A stretch of DNA of 64,000 nt from Laetmonice hystrix (Eukaryota). The notes beneath the pieces are model-generated. The model was given only the letters and a program-made list of their open reading frames with translations, was not told the origin of the DNA and searched no databases. A program made the translations under genes and the position numbers. The stretch spans positions 6,324,001 through 6,388,000 of the forward strand of contig OZ249447.1 in the NCBI GenBank assembly GCA_965235115.1, in the 5' to 3' direction. Shown piece after piece: positions 13,300 to 26,945 of this stretch (position 1 is its first letter; the number at the start of each line of letters is the position of its first letter).

Positions 13300-16200
13300 A
13301 TAGACCCCCCCCCCCCCACCCCCACCCCCACCCCCACGGAATGACCTTTCAAGGTTCTTCCAACTCTGTTCTGTCTCTCTTTAAAGAATTTGTCCCTGCC
13401 AGTATTTATCTCGGCGTGGTGAAATAGAGATCTAAAGGATCTCTAGGCCTCTATTGGTGAAGGTCATATAAAAATGATGTGATAAAATTGTAATTTTGAG
13501 ATTGTACCCGGATCTTAACGGTACAGGTAGAGGTCAAAATGTCAAAATCTCTTTAATCTCTTTTTCTCCCTTCTATTTGCTCCTTACCCCGGCAGAATAA
13601 CTAGTATTCCTTCCACCCAGCTCTTCTCCCCCTCCCTCTCGAAGTGAATAACTTTCTTATTATAACTCCATTTCTTCTCCTCCTGTCTCCTCCAGCCGAC
13701 GTGACTGAATCCCCTCCAGAGCTGACCCTCCAGGCCGTCCGGAGCTCGTGTGGGTCCTCCTCCTCCTCCTCCTCCTCCCCTCCTCCTCCTGTAACTCGTG
13801 CACCACTTACAGTGGAGAGAATTATTCATGGGACGGCCGAGTGTATAAGTAGTATATAAAGTGACAGTTTGTGCGCTTTTTATCGCACCCGGTCCCCATC
13901 CAGGCGGCCGGGCCCGGTACTGAAGGTCAACCACTCACCAGGTCCCTGCCGTGAAGGAGATTCTCCTACTAATGGGCGCCACCCAAAACTTGTAAATATG
14001 TTCTGTTGAAAGGTTGTTGAACAGGTCTTTCTTTTTTAGGTCTTGCCTTGTAGAGACTTGCTTAGAGTGCGAGTAATGCTGCAAGATTTAGGATTCGCTG
14101 TTTATGAGACATTATTTAGATGTTGTCAGCCTCTTGTTGTTGCCTTCCTCTCCGTTATAATTGTCTCTGTGCTAGAGATGGACCTCTATAAACATGGGAC
14201 GGTATCTGTAATATGATCAGGTTGTTTTCTACAGTCTCATTGTGCGACTCTCCGTGCAGCTTCGTGAGACGTCACATCAAAGAAATGTGACAGCTAATTA
14301 TAAACGTCTAATGGCCTTTGAGGACTGGGCAGACGGTTGCTAACCTCGTGTAAGGGACAACGGTTACTCTGACCATTGCTCTCATCTCTAACCCCACCCA
14401 GAATGGTCGTGTTTGGTTATTATCCCACCCAGCCTCCCCGTCTTGTGTTTGGGTCTTGTATATGATATTCTATTATTGGGACACCGATTGATTGGTAGGG
14501 TCGGTCTAGCGGCAAAACGGTTGAAACATAGATTTCAGGCAGGCCAGACACAAGAGATAGAATGCTCCTTAGTAATTCAGGATTCCAGTGGTTTTATATG
14601 GTCGATATTAAAATGAGTTGATGTGACCCCCCCCCCCCCCAAAAAAAAAAAAAAAAAATTGAATTTCCCCGTTTAAAAAGAAAAAGAAATTCATTGCAAA
14701 CATGTATATTCAGGATAATCGGGATCTCATATTTATTGAACAATATATTGTAGTAATTCTGTGAAATAGTGCATTACAGAACAGCTGTCTTTAAAAGGCA
14801 TGTGAAGACTTATAAGCGACTTAAGTATTGATTAGACGAGACCGTTTCACTAGAGAAATTGTTCTCGACCATTGTTAAGTTTCAGTACTCTTGTCGGAAA
14901 CAAAGGAAGCACTAGGTGACGAATGTCGGTGTCTGCCAGCAAACTGAGCCAGTGCATGGAGTCTTTCCAACTCCAGCTTCCACCTGCCACGTTTTACCTG
15001 TTTGTGTCTTCATCCCTTTCCTCCCCACACCCGCCCACCTGAGGGTGAATCACCCGTCTCCTATATACCAGACATCCCACCCTCCACCCTCTTCTGAAGC
15101 TGGCTGGTATGTTTTCATGTGGTCCTTGTTCCCACAATGAAAACAGTGCGGCGCTATTTTTATTGGGGCGGGAAGAAAGCAGAGGCCAAGAGCAATGAGA
15201 TATGGAAATGGTATCAATACCTGTATGGTATGTAGGGAATTCAGACTTCAGAAACTCCAGACTTATCTGAGAATATAAGAATATAAGATAGAGAATTAAA
15301 TAATTTCGTTTCTGTGACATGGACCTAGCTGTGTCTATTATACTGAGGTGACTGTCGTACTACAGACTTCGATGAGGGCCCTCCTCGCTATGCCTGTCGA
15401 TAACTCGTATTGGGGGGAGGGGTGGGGGGGTATAGAGGAGGCAGTGGGGTAATGCCATGGATTGGCCAGTTGAGCAGCCAGACACACCCAGAAACATGCA
15501 GAAGGCGTAGTATATCAGGATTTATTGTCGACTTCAACCATAATCCGATGGTCGGACCTGCCCACCGTAAGGGCCTTATGCCCAGCTTGTGCCGGGTCAC
15601 TCAGTATGGGAGATATGGACGGGGTCGTACTGTAGGTCGGGGGGATGGGGCCATGTGGTGGGTAGGGGGGGGGATCGATGGCCGGATTTCCGCAGGGAGG
15701 GAGCAATAAAAACTAATATTGAGGGAGTCCGAGGATGGTCACTGGTCCGTGCCCTACCCTCGCCATACCACACTCAGACACATCCTTCGTCCACGCAGAC
15801 TCCGACCATTACCAGCTGATAACTTGTGTAAGGTCTATCTTCTTCCATATCTCTGAGTCCCACTAGTCAGTAAGGTAGTTTCAGTCAGAAACATTTAGGA
15901 AAGAATGCTTGAAGCTCGTTTATTTGCTTCTGATTGGCCCAGCAGATCGTCATTAAAACGCTTCAAGCCGTGAAGGTCAAGCTTGATTCTCTGAGAAAGA
16001 CGTCGAAACGCCCATAAAAACAATATTAGTTATTCAAAGCACGAATTGAAATTGAACCCAGAAAACATTTGTAGTTATACATAGCTGCATTTTGATCCAA
16101 ACAAATATACTTTTAAAACAGATATCACTGACAGAGCCGATCGTTCCTTGGAAGGACACACGGTGCAGCCTGTAGCTTCCAGTGAGAACGACGTCAGTGT

Positions 16201-19200
16201 ATCTAATATTGCCACAAGTGTAGGCGGAAAGCAAGCACCTGAACTCTAGAAAAACAATCAACGAATTCTAACCTTTAGCTTGGACTTTTTGTTCGGGCAG
16301 CTGGTCTTATTATTAACAGCGGCGTACAAAGATAAGCTGGGACTAGACGGTGCGAAGTGTTTTACTGACACTGTGGTCTGCAGCAGCAAGTATTGTTCTG
16401 TAAACAAGTCTGTAAATTAGTGGGTTTACGGACAGCCATGCTGTAGACCAGGACAGGTCACGGAGGATAGTTCTAAAGGTCACCCAGGTATCCAGAAATA
16501 TAAGATTGATCATTCAGGGAACTTGTTTTCTCCAACCCAATCTCTCTCAATGTCTACCTCTCTGAATAGTAAAACACATTGTACATCTTTGTTTGACATT
16601 AATGCATGTTTGTGGGTGTGTCTGGTGAATGATAAGAGAACAGAATGGTCGTCTCATATGTATTGTGTTTATATGTATAGCGGTGGTGTATAATGTATGC
16701 AGATCATATCCAGGTGTATGTATATATTAGAGATGAGCTCAGGTGGTAGGGCGATCAGTCGGGGTGGCCGGGTAGGGTAGAGAAACAACGCCCCGCCCAA
16801 CGTTTGCACCCCTCCACTTCACCCTCAGCCCCGTCCGCAGTCCCCCAACAGTTAGTTCTACCCTCCCACACACCCCAATACTGGCGCTCGATCTTCTTGG
16901 CAAAGAGAAGGTGATTATGATGTTGGCAGGTTTGGGGTAGTGGTGTGGGTTGTTGGGGATGGGATGGGAGAGAACCATGAGGTCCGGGGCCGAGAGGGCG
17001 CCCACAGACATGTCACGATCTCTATTGATACGACCAGTTTCAATAGACCATGTTTCCTTCCAGCTGCAGTGCTTATTTATGTTGGATACAACCGTTAAGT
17101 TCATGCATTTATTAGTGAAATTTCCAACGCCATGTATAATTAATTACATGGTTTCCAGCTGTATTGGTAACTTACTCGTACTTTAGACGACGTTTATGAA
17201 TATCTCTAAGATGGGACATAACGATGGTGTCGTTCGTAGAATGCCATTCTCGTTATATCCATGGTGTTACCATGAACCACGATCAATTCGGGTGCTCCCC
17301 CGACTTCTGGATGTGTTTAGGGGGATGAAGAATTGTGCAGTGTGATCCAACATGGCTAAATTATGACCTCCCTGAGCATCTTTTTCCTGTGGTTATGATC
17401 TCGTAACTCATCCCGCACGAGCTAGCCAAGGTCAGAGTCCTGACCCACCGGGATGGGCCATGAAGGGTCACTAAGTACAGGGATCCAACCGTTTTTGGAT
17501 CGTTACCACGTGTCCCCAGCGTGGAGCCATGGCAACTGTTGCCATGGCATTGTTCCATCTCAGCGTGGCAGTTATGACAGCATTCTTCGGGGGCAGATCT
17601 TGGAGACTAGAATATTTTGGTGTTTATTTCAGCGGCATGCGATGGAACCCTCCCTTCCTCGTGAATGTTAATGAGGCACGAATTCTTGGAAGCGAATTCA
17701 TGAAATGGGCGGCAGTTCGCCAGGAAGGATTGGGCATATCTTCATCATTCTGTGGACGATGATAGTGAACATTTTCACCGACGTCCATTTCCCCAAGCCG
17801 CCAGTTGCTGTCAAGATTAACATAGAACACAACCTAACGTGTAACATTGGCTCAGTCTTCCTCAGGGTGCCACAACATGGGGTGCTGCATGGGTAACTAA
17901 ACCAGCAAAGAACGTTATTAAACGATTTACGAACGGTATATAATGTGTGAATAAACCGTTTCTATGACGTTTAGTTGTAGGCGAGTATATAAAACAGGTT
18001 CAGCGTCCCTGATAGGTCAAGACGGGTCACATCAGTTAACATTGTTCCTGTGACCCACATGATAGCGATGGAAACTGGCCCTGTTGTCACGTTCATGTCG
18101 TCCATATTTAATGAGGGTGTCGGCGACCCGCTGGGCCGTGGTCAGTGCCTGGGTTATTGTCTGCACATAGATTAACCATGGATCTCAGGTTCTCCGAGCT
18201 CTGGTCAGGCTAGATCAGATTAGTGAACACCAGGGCTAGGAATTAACGTGTGAATCCGATGATTTTATGTTGGCGTGAGTTGAACACACAATAGTTTTCT
18301 TGTCTGCTGCTTTTCATTAAAAGTAGGAAGACTAAGGTGGAAGCTTTCTACAGATGTATTTTCTCATTTCTACCAATTGATCACGATTATAACGATGGCG
18401 ACGTACGCACTTAGTACTTATCTCTAGATGTAGGTGACGATATTCCATCATGTTACTGGAGCTAAGATCATACTGATCGTTTTTTGTGTTTTGTTTTTGT
18501 GTTTTGTTTTTTGTGTTTTGTTTTCTGTCAGGCTCCGATCAGGATGACCATAAAGCAATCAGTCAGAATCAACCCTCAAAGAACTAAATACTTATACTAC
18601 ATTCACATCAGCAAGCAGGAGGACTGTGAACTTGAGATGGTTTAGGAACATCTACCAGGTGTGGGTATGGGTGTGTCCGGGGGGGAAGTCGTGGGGATAC
18701 TGAGGGATTATCTAGGTCGTTCTCACCCAGCCCCACCTAAATCCTAGTAAATGGTCATTATAAGCAGATAATCGGGAATCAATAATCCGATAAAACAAAT
18801 ACAATTAGTGGAGGTTACGGGGTAATAATGAACAGCGTGACGCTCCACGGGTTGTCGGTCGCGGACACAGGGGGTGGACACTGGACGTGGGGTTGGGGTA
18901 TTTAATGAAACAATACCAACCAGATGGCTCCTGTACCCTACCGCTCACCCCCAGGGTGTGCCCCTGGGAGGGGACCGAGGACTGGCCAATATATGACCTT
19001 CCCACTGACTGGTGATGATCTCATCACGATGGCTTGTTGCATGTAAGGTCTGCAAGAGAATTTTAAGGGATATATTAAGTTTTAGGTCTAAAAAAGGGGG
19101 GCAAACATGTCGGTGCCCCCCACAGTGGGGGGGGGGGGAGGGTCCTCCCCCTCCCACCCTCCCCCCGTTCAAACACAAGTGATACGGTAAGTCAGCTAAT

Positions 19201-20188
19201 ACGAGACGTGTTTCGAGTTTAAGCCCGTATAATTGATTCTATTCAATTCTTTTTTACGCACTCCTCTATAAGAATGTTCTGTAAGTTGTTTGTGCCTGGT
19301 GTTCGACAGGTATGTGACACTGACTGCCATATCTGCCCCTCTTAGATGCCTTGAGTAGGGAGGAGGTAGGTCTAAGGACCCACCCTAATGTTTAGGTTCC
19401 GTGTGAACATGTCATTAGAGGATTCTGTCTCAGACAATAAAGGAATGACGTGAATGGTGAAGGTGGAGACAGAATCTCTCAAGGTTACACATACAACTTC
19501 AGTCTGTACATTCCGTCATGACGGCGACCTCTAGCGCCGGGATACAAGTGGATTCCAAATGTAACTCGGCTCTTCAAATGTCTTACCTCTGGCATACCAG
19601 TGATTAGCAACAGGTCGGTGAAGATCAGGTAAATATTCATATCTTTAAAAATAGGTTTTATTCGTGTGTAATATTACATCTATTCCCAGGAAGGGAGGAA
19701 CCTGAATGAGGCGTTTTCCTCTGGTCGTGAGTTTCAGGCAGAATGTAAAGATTATAATGAGGGCATCATGTTGTAGCCAAAGCAGCAGGTGCAGCATGAC
19801 TTTTGGAACCATGTACTTGTGCTCATGCTATTGAAAACTGTCATCATGCTCAAATCAGAACCCATCGATATTTTATTCATGCAGTCTGATTTAACCCAGC
19901 AACGTGTACCGATTCCATGATCATGTATAGATGAGAACTGTTTCTAAATAGTTTTCATCCCGTGTTTTCTTATGTGACATGTTGTCTCATCTAGCACTGA
20001 TCATGATATCATTTCATTTGTGGGCAGTTATTAGTTACATTGGGCGTATCTATAAACTGAGTGGATTCTCGGCTTTCTGCGCCAATAGTTCGTGAAAAAC
20101 AATTCATGGCTATATAACGTCTTATACATGTATATCAAGTACACGTCTTTTGAAAGTCACGCGAGAGATATTATCTGTAATGGTGCTT

Positions 20189-20297
20189 GTGTGATTGTGA
20201 TGTTCGTTGTGTGATTATGATGTGCGCTGTGTGATTGTGATGTGCACTGTGTGATTGTGATGTGCGATGTGTGATTGCGATCGCGGGAGTGTGATTC
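20189..20297. repeat. Short tandem repeat, 20-bp unit, ~5 copies
   Basis: GTGTGATTGTGATGTGCGCT-like units with period 20. Confidence 0.85.
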
Positions 20298-20463
20298 CTA
20301 TGGGCAGTGAATTCCCCCGGTGACGTTCAGGAATCCATTAGTGACAGTAGGTGAGGTTGAGAAGGTTATTGGACCGGTGACGACTCACTGAGAACATTGT
20401 TTGAACCCGACCGCTGGCTTTGTCTCCGCTCGGTTAGATCCGACCTGAGGTGGGGAACGGTAA

Positions 20464-21033
20464 TTGGATGTGAATGACCACCCTGGGCCCTGGGGCTGGG
20501 AGAGTCATGATCAACCTGGCAACCTTCAAATAAAGTCAGGTTCTGATCAGGATGACCACCCTGGGGCTGGGGGCTGGGAGAGTCATGATCAACCTGGCAA
20601 CCTTCAAATAAAGTCAGGTTGTGATCAGGATGACCACCCTGGGGCTGGGGGCTGGGAGAGTCATGATCAACCTGGGAACCTTCAAATAAAGTCAGGTTCC
20701 GATCAGGATGACCACCCTGGGGCTGGGGGATGGGAGAGTCATGATCAACCTGGCAACCTTCAAATAAAGTCAGGTTCCGATCAGGATATATGTGAATGAC
20801 CACCCTGGGGCTGGGGGCTGGGAGAGTCATGATCAACCTGGGAACCTTCAAATAAAGTCAGGTTCCGATCAGGATGACCACCCTGGGGCTAGTGGCTGGG
20901 AGAGTCATGATCAACCTGGGAACCTTCAAATAAAGTCAGGCTCCGATCAGGATGACCACCCTGGGGCTGGGGGCTGGGAGAGTCATGATCAACCTGGGAA
21001 CCTTCAAATAAAGTCAGGCTCCGATCAGGATAT
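20464..21033. repeat. Minisatellite, 78-bp unit, 7 copies in two blocks (4+3)
   Basis: Period 78 (GATCAGGATG at 20545 and 20623). The unit reads DQDDHPGAGGWESHDQPGNLQIKSGS on +, and the frame changes at the block junction near 20790. Confidence 0.95.
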
Positions 21034-23714
21034 GTAATGTCAAATTGATGATAACTGTATCACTGATATAGAACTGCGGATATTTTTCAGGCCTATACAA
21101 ATCTAATGTACATCCGTCATAAAAATATTCACTAAATTGATATTAAAATACACAACAGGTGCATTTATTATGTTGCTATTTTAACGCTAAAGTAATACTT
21201 GATCTCCCTCCTTATCGAAAAAAGGAAGTAAATAAGTACTTTGAGAATTTCCAGTGATGTGTTTTTGTTGGATAGTCAAGAGTAACTACAGGGAAAAAGT
21301 CTCGATAAATTGGATAAGATGATGTTATTACATGCTATTAAAGATGATTTATGTATTCCAACGACCGCACGCAAGATAATATGCTTCATGAATAGATGTG
21401 ATCCCGTAATAAACATGACATTTTTTGTCTGGCCTTATTCGTATTTGGAGCGGATGGCCACCTATAGGGGAACCGATTAAGAATTTAAACTTTATCTCAG
21501 GCATTGGGTAATCAAAACCTGAGCTGATCCTCGTATTACATCCGTGTTCTTTAATTATTAATGATTTCATTATTAATATATTTTATTATATCAATTTTTT
21601 AATGACCCTTTTATTGAGTAATTGTAATTTTGTAACATTATTTTGTAACATCATTTTGTAACATAATATGGAATGCTAGGGAAGAAGATACCCTCTTTAC
21701 ACACCCCACCCTCAACTCGCCTCACCCTACCCAACCCCCCGGCCATACTGTTCCTACTGATTACCACATTTAGTGACATGTATAAAATTACGGACAGGAA
21801 TATTGAAACTGTGAGTCACCGAATCGCGTATGGTATGAATTATTGAAGAAGGGTTGGAAAGAGTAGTTACAGGTGTTCATTGTCATGACAACCAAATTAC
21901 ATGAAAAAGCCAGCTGGAATTGTTTTGACAAATGACTCGATCAATGTCGGCTGTAAATCATATTAATTATTGTATTGAAAATGAAGGCAGGAATTTATAA
22001 TAAAAAATGGTGAGACCTTCTTAAAGATGTTTCTTTTTAAACCTCGAAAATGGTAAGAATTAGCAGTATTATAGTGACTTGGACTGGCTAGTGTGATCAG
22101 ATTGGCACTCCCGATAGGGGGCGCTCATGTCAGGGACGCCGTCATGATTCGGTTGTCAAATAAGCTTTGTAAGAATCGTGTTAAACTTCTTTAGATAAAA
22201 TGATATATACTTGAAATATGTAGTCTGAGCTGCAACTTGGTAATGAGTGATTGTTTAATTAATAATAACACAGAATTAATGAAGATGATTCAGGTTGTAA
22301 TGATGATGAGAATGATGATGATTATTGAGGAGTGGGGTTGTATAGAGGTGGGGGAGAGAGAGGGAGGCGCTGCGGTAGCTTCCCTTGACCTCTACTTGAA
22401 GTGGTCTGTGGATCGGATACCCATCTGACATTTCAGAACAGGAAGAGCCACAGCGCCGTCTACCAACAGTCAGCGAACCACTCGGATCCGCCCGGATACT
22501 GTGGGCGTTAGGTTTAGAGCACTTACAGTTTATAAATGTCCTATTTCATCGTAAAAATATTACTTAGATCTGTTTTGTTTTGGATGGGATTTACTCTGGA
22601 CACCTGGTCTATTGTACAAGCTAATCCGAGGCGAGCACATCAATATTGCAATTTCACTAATAGGCGAACAGGGCCACCCTGTTTACCTTTCATATTTGAT
22701 ATCTGTCAAGAGCACCTCGGACACAATGCCACTCTCAAGGGTCACTGAGTGCATAATTTATGATCCCCATCCTACACGCTTGCTGAGTTTCTTTGTCTAA
22801 AGTTTATTATCGACATGTTTACTCAAGGATCGATCCGTGGGTGATTATAATTCATAAAAGCTGAGTTTACTTAGAAAAACTGTTTTTGTCCGAAGCTGAC
22901 ATCGGATCGTTGGGAAGCCCCGAGTGTGTGAGGGTGACTGTCAATCGGTAGAATTGTCTGTCAGACCAGGAACAAAGTGGGATTCTTCATGTCTTAATCA
23001 TCATCTTGTATTTCAATTTACATGTTACCGTAAAATCCGCATTTCCACACGGTATCTCATTTGAAATATAATATAAATGAGTTTAATCCCAAACCGAAGG
23101 GAATGCCACTGACTGAGATAGGATGTGTAATAGTGTAATGTTCAATTAGAGGTGAACAGTCTGCATACCAGCCACCCCCAACCCCCAAAAGTTATTGCTG
23201 TAATAATTCAATGGATGCTTAGCTTTTTGTGGTGGAGTGATTCACTTCGGGTTCGCCTTCACGATAAAGGGAAGTGATAAAGCTCAACAAAAGAACATAT
23301 TTTACTGAGTATAATTTTTCCCATTCTATTGTCTACAGATGTCGGTGATGGTAATGTTTAGTAAATAATTGTGCAATTATAGATCTAATCTACAATAGTC
23401 AGTACATGTATTCATGAGAGAACAATTGTATGGTTGATGAAGAGATTCACGAGTAAATTTAAAAATACTAAGAAATACAAACATCACTTAGCTTGATTAT
23501 AAACATATTCAAGTAAGTGGGACGTCTTTGCAGTAAAGTTCCAGACTATGAGACCTGAACAAGATGGGTATAATATAAACACACCTGATTTACCCAGCAG
23601 GGTATCAATCAATGATTGCTTGAAGTGACCATTGGCGGAATAGGCACTGTACGCGGCGGTAGGGCTGACTGGAGAGTTACCATCGAACTGGGTCGGTGGT
23701 CACGGTATGGGCCA

Positions 23715-24421
23715 TCACCTCAGCCGGCCCTGGGCCATCCACAGTCTGACCCACCTCAGTCGGCCCTGGGCCATCCACAGTCTGACCCACCCCAGCCGGC
23801 CCTGGGCCATCCACAGTCTGACCCACCTCAGCCGGCCCTGGGCCATCCACAGTCTGACCCACCTCAGCCGGCCCTGGGCCATCCACAGTCTGACCCACCT
23901 CAGCCGGCCCTGGGCCATCCACAGTCTGACCCACCTCAGCCGGCCCTGGGCCATCCACAGTCTGACCCACCTCAGCCGGCCCTGGGCCATCCACAGTCTG
24001 ACCCACCTCAGCCGGCCCTGGGCCATCCACAGTCTGGCCCACCTCAGCCGGCCCTGGGCATCCACAGTCTGACCCACCTCAGCCGGCCCTGGGCATCCAC
24101 AGTCTGACCCACCTCAGCCGGCCCTGGGCAATCCACAGTCTGGCCCACCTCAGCCGGCCCTGGGCATCCACAGTCTGACCCACCTCAGCCGGCCCTGGGC
24201 CATCCACAGTCTGGCCCACCTCAGCCGGCCCTGGGCATCCACAGTCTGACCCACCTCAGCCGGCCCTGGGCATCCACAGTCTGACCCACCTCAGCCGGCC
24301 ATCATGGCATGGGTCATCCACAGTCTGACCCACCTCAGCCGGCCCTGGGCCAGCCACAGCCTGACCCACCTCAGCCGGCCATGGGTCATCCACAGTCTGA
24401 CCCACCTCAGCCGGCCCTGGG
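23715..24421. repeat. Minisatellite, 36-bp unit, ~19 copies
   Basis: CACCTCAGCCGGCCCTGGGCCATCCACAGTCTGACC repeated. Several later units are 35 bp (GGGCATCC), which breaks the reading frames. Confidence 0.95.
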
Positions 24422-26530
24422 TCCCCAGTCCCTCCGTCCCCAACCTAACCTTACAGTGACTGACTCGATGGCAGGTACCGGAAGATTAATTCCTCCAGGG
24501 ATTGTTGAAGGGTGACAGAAGGCAGGGTCATGGTGTCTGGCCTGCCTCCTCCAGCGTCTGGGCATACAGCGTCCTCCAGTGCCCTCTAACAGTGTGCCCC
24601 CATTGATTGATGCCCTCCACCTCCTCCAGTCAGTAGATCAGTTGAACTGGAGCAGCCAACTGTGTCGCCTGACATTGATAGCGTTTTTACCCTTTCACCA
24701 AGGTTATCTGGTTCCCAACCTTCGGCTAGAACCGCCAATCGTTTCCCTTTGTCTGAAAGTGTAAACTCTTGATGTCTTGGAGACAAAATGGATGGCATCT
24801 TTAATATTTTTCATTTTTTGTTCCGCCATTAGTTTTTTTTGTTTTTTCATTATGACGGATAGACAGAAAGGGTGAAGCTGAACCTGCTGCTTTTCCCAAG
24901 CAGAGCACCTTTAATGTCAAATCGGGTCAACAGGGGGATTTACATAATTTACATAGGGTAACAAAATTTTACGGTAGATTCCAGATAAGGAAGAATGTTT
25001 GTTCTGAAAGTGAATGTGAAGATATATAAGATATTATGATAAATTTATAGGATCGACAGGGACACATTTCGAACGTCACTGAACGACAAAGCAATCCCTA
25101 AGTTATTTTGTTTCATTTTTACTCCGCCCATCCATACCCTTTTCTTCTAACTTGTACAAATCCGGAATCAGCCGATATACGATGTTCTGCCACATTGGTG
25201 TTAGCTAATGTCATAAGGTCCTCAAGTACGGTTTGCGATTCTGGCGACTGACTTGCATGCCCTCTGGTGAAGAAGGTTCGAACTAAAAGAAATTGTCTCC
25301 AAGACTATCGCTGTCACATCGGCAACGAAAATCTCGTATCTGGTGCGCCTAACAAGTGACATGCCTTTTTCAAATGTTAATTTTCTTTAATGATCCTGAA
25401 ATTCTGTTCATCATATCAATATGTTTATTTCAGTTATCTGTCTGTGTCTGTGTATTTGTAACGTAATAAATTCCCCACAAGTAGCGCAAGCCTAATAGTA
25501 ATATGACAACACACAATGCGGGTTTATGTTCAGTACACCATGCTTCATTTAGAGACGGTTAGAGGTGACAATAAAATCCGTATTTGAGCTACTCGGTATT
25601 GCCTCAAGTAATATTTAGCTAATTCTGAACCATCAAAACATGTCAAAGGTTACCCACTAAAATCAACCGCAAATCAGGGCATGGGAACCATTCCAGAAGG
25701 CCACAAAGACTCTTGGGACAGGCTCCATTCATGTCAGGGTATAAAATTGGTTTCATTATAAGACAGAGAGGTTGGGTTGTGAGAAGGTAAGTTTTTTTAA
25801 TTGTTGCCAAGTATCGGTGCGTGAGGAAGTGATCTGATTCGGTAATGAAGCGTACATAAAGGTGGAAGGTTAAGTCAGTGCAGAGGTCGCATTGGTGTGA
25901 CTCCACACAAACTAGGCTGTAAAAACTATAATTTGTATCAGGTGTAAACATGGGAGTGGCAGTAATTGGAGCTGAAGTAGAGGTTGAAATTTTGGCTCTG
26001 AAATGAATTTCATACCTGTTCTTGTTTTTGAATTGTTAGTACTGGGATAAGAGTCTTTCAGTACAAGCCATACTTTCATCCCATGTGCTGGACACAATAT
26101 GACAACTGTTACATTCCACCCCTATCGCCCCCATGTCCCGTGTTGTCCAAGTATGTGGTTGAGGCAATCATGGTGGCTCTGAGTATATCGTAGAAAAAGA
26201 TTTCCTGTGTGCTTCATTGTCTTTAGACTTGATTATGATAATTTTGTGCTGTACTTTATGTCCGCCATGACAGGTTGATGTGAGGGATCATGTCTGTAAA
26301 CTTCAGACAAACCAAAGATTGATTTTTTATACAAATAGCCTTTTTGAACGACATCTTGTTCCATACCTGACATAGAAAAAGCAGTAGTAGTCAAGCTATA
26401 CATTTTATAATATTCTTCTTTGTTTAAGTTACGATTGTTTGAGAAGAAAATGTTAAAGACTTTGTAAAAACTGATGTATGACAATACAATATGCTTTCCA
26501 TGGTAATAATGTTTTTTTCTGTTTTTTCAG

Positions 26531-26567
26531 GTAAGTTCGCTGCGTCGGCCATATCGTTTCCTGGGAG
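26531..26567 (+). other. Candidate 37-nt micro-exon / recursive splice site
   Basis: Long T-rich tract then CAG|GTAAGT at 26530/26531, followed 37 nt later by GAG|GTAAGA at 26567/26568. Confidence 0.35.
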
Positions 26568-26931
26568 GTAAGATTAATTGAGTCTTCTGTAGACATGAAA
26601 GGACATTTTCCTTTCCTTGTGTGGCTGTTTTTTTTATATCAGTCCTGACAAAACGATTGCCAACAGGGATATGGGAGTTTGTTTATATAAGGCAGAGACT
26701 TGCTGGTTTAGGCGTGTTTACCACATTGACGGTAGCCAAAACGTGGCCATCTGTTGTGGTGATGAGCAGCTGTTTCAGCCGTCCTCGGAAACATTTATTG
26801 CTGCTCCCACTTGGATCATCACTAGCTCTCTGTGGTCCTCAGTGTACGGAACATTAAACGAAAGCCGTATTTAATGGAGTCGGGTAATGGCGTTTTATTT
26901 GTCTGTCCTTCCGGCCTATTTCGTTATTGAT

Positions 26932-26945
26932 CCACCAGGGGGCAG
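26932..26945 (+). promoter_or_regulatory. CTCF-like motif
   Basis: CCACCAGGGGGCAG matches the CTCF core consensus. Motif match only. Confidence 0.35.

Noticed and set aside
13696-13859. Possible + strand exon (ADVTESPPELTLQAVRSSCGS...)
   Set aside because: The acceptor is good, but the phase is incompatible with the 8207 donor, there is no clear donor and the content is low-complexity. Insufficient support.
23616-24515. Long Pro/Gln-rich ORFs on both strands
   Set aside because: They arise from the 36-bp minisatellite, whose 35-bp variant units shift frame, and lack a convincing start or splice context.
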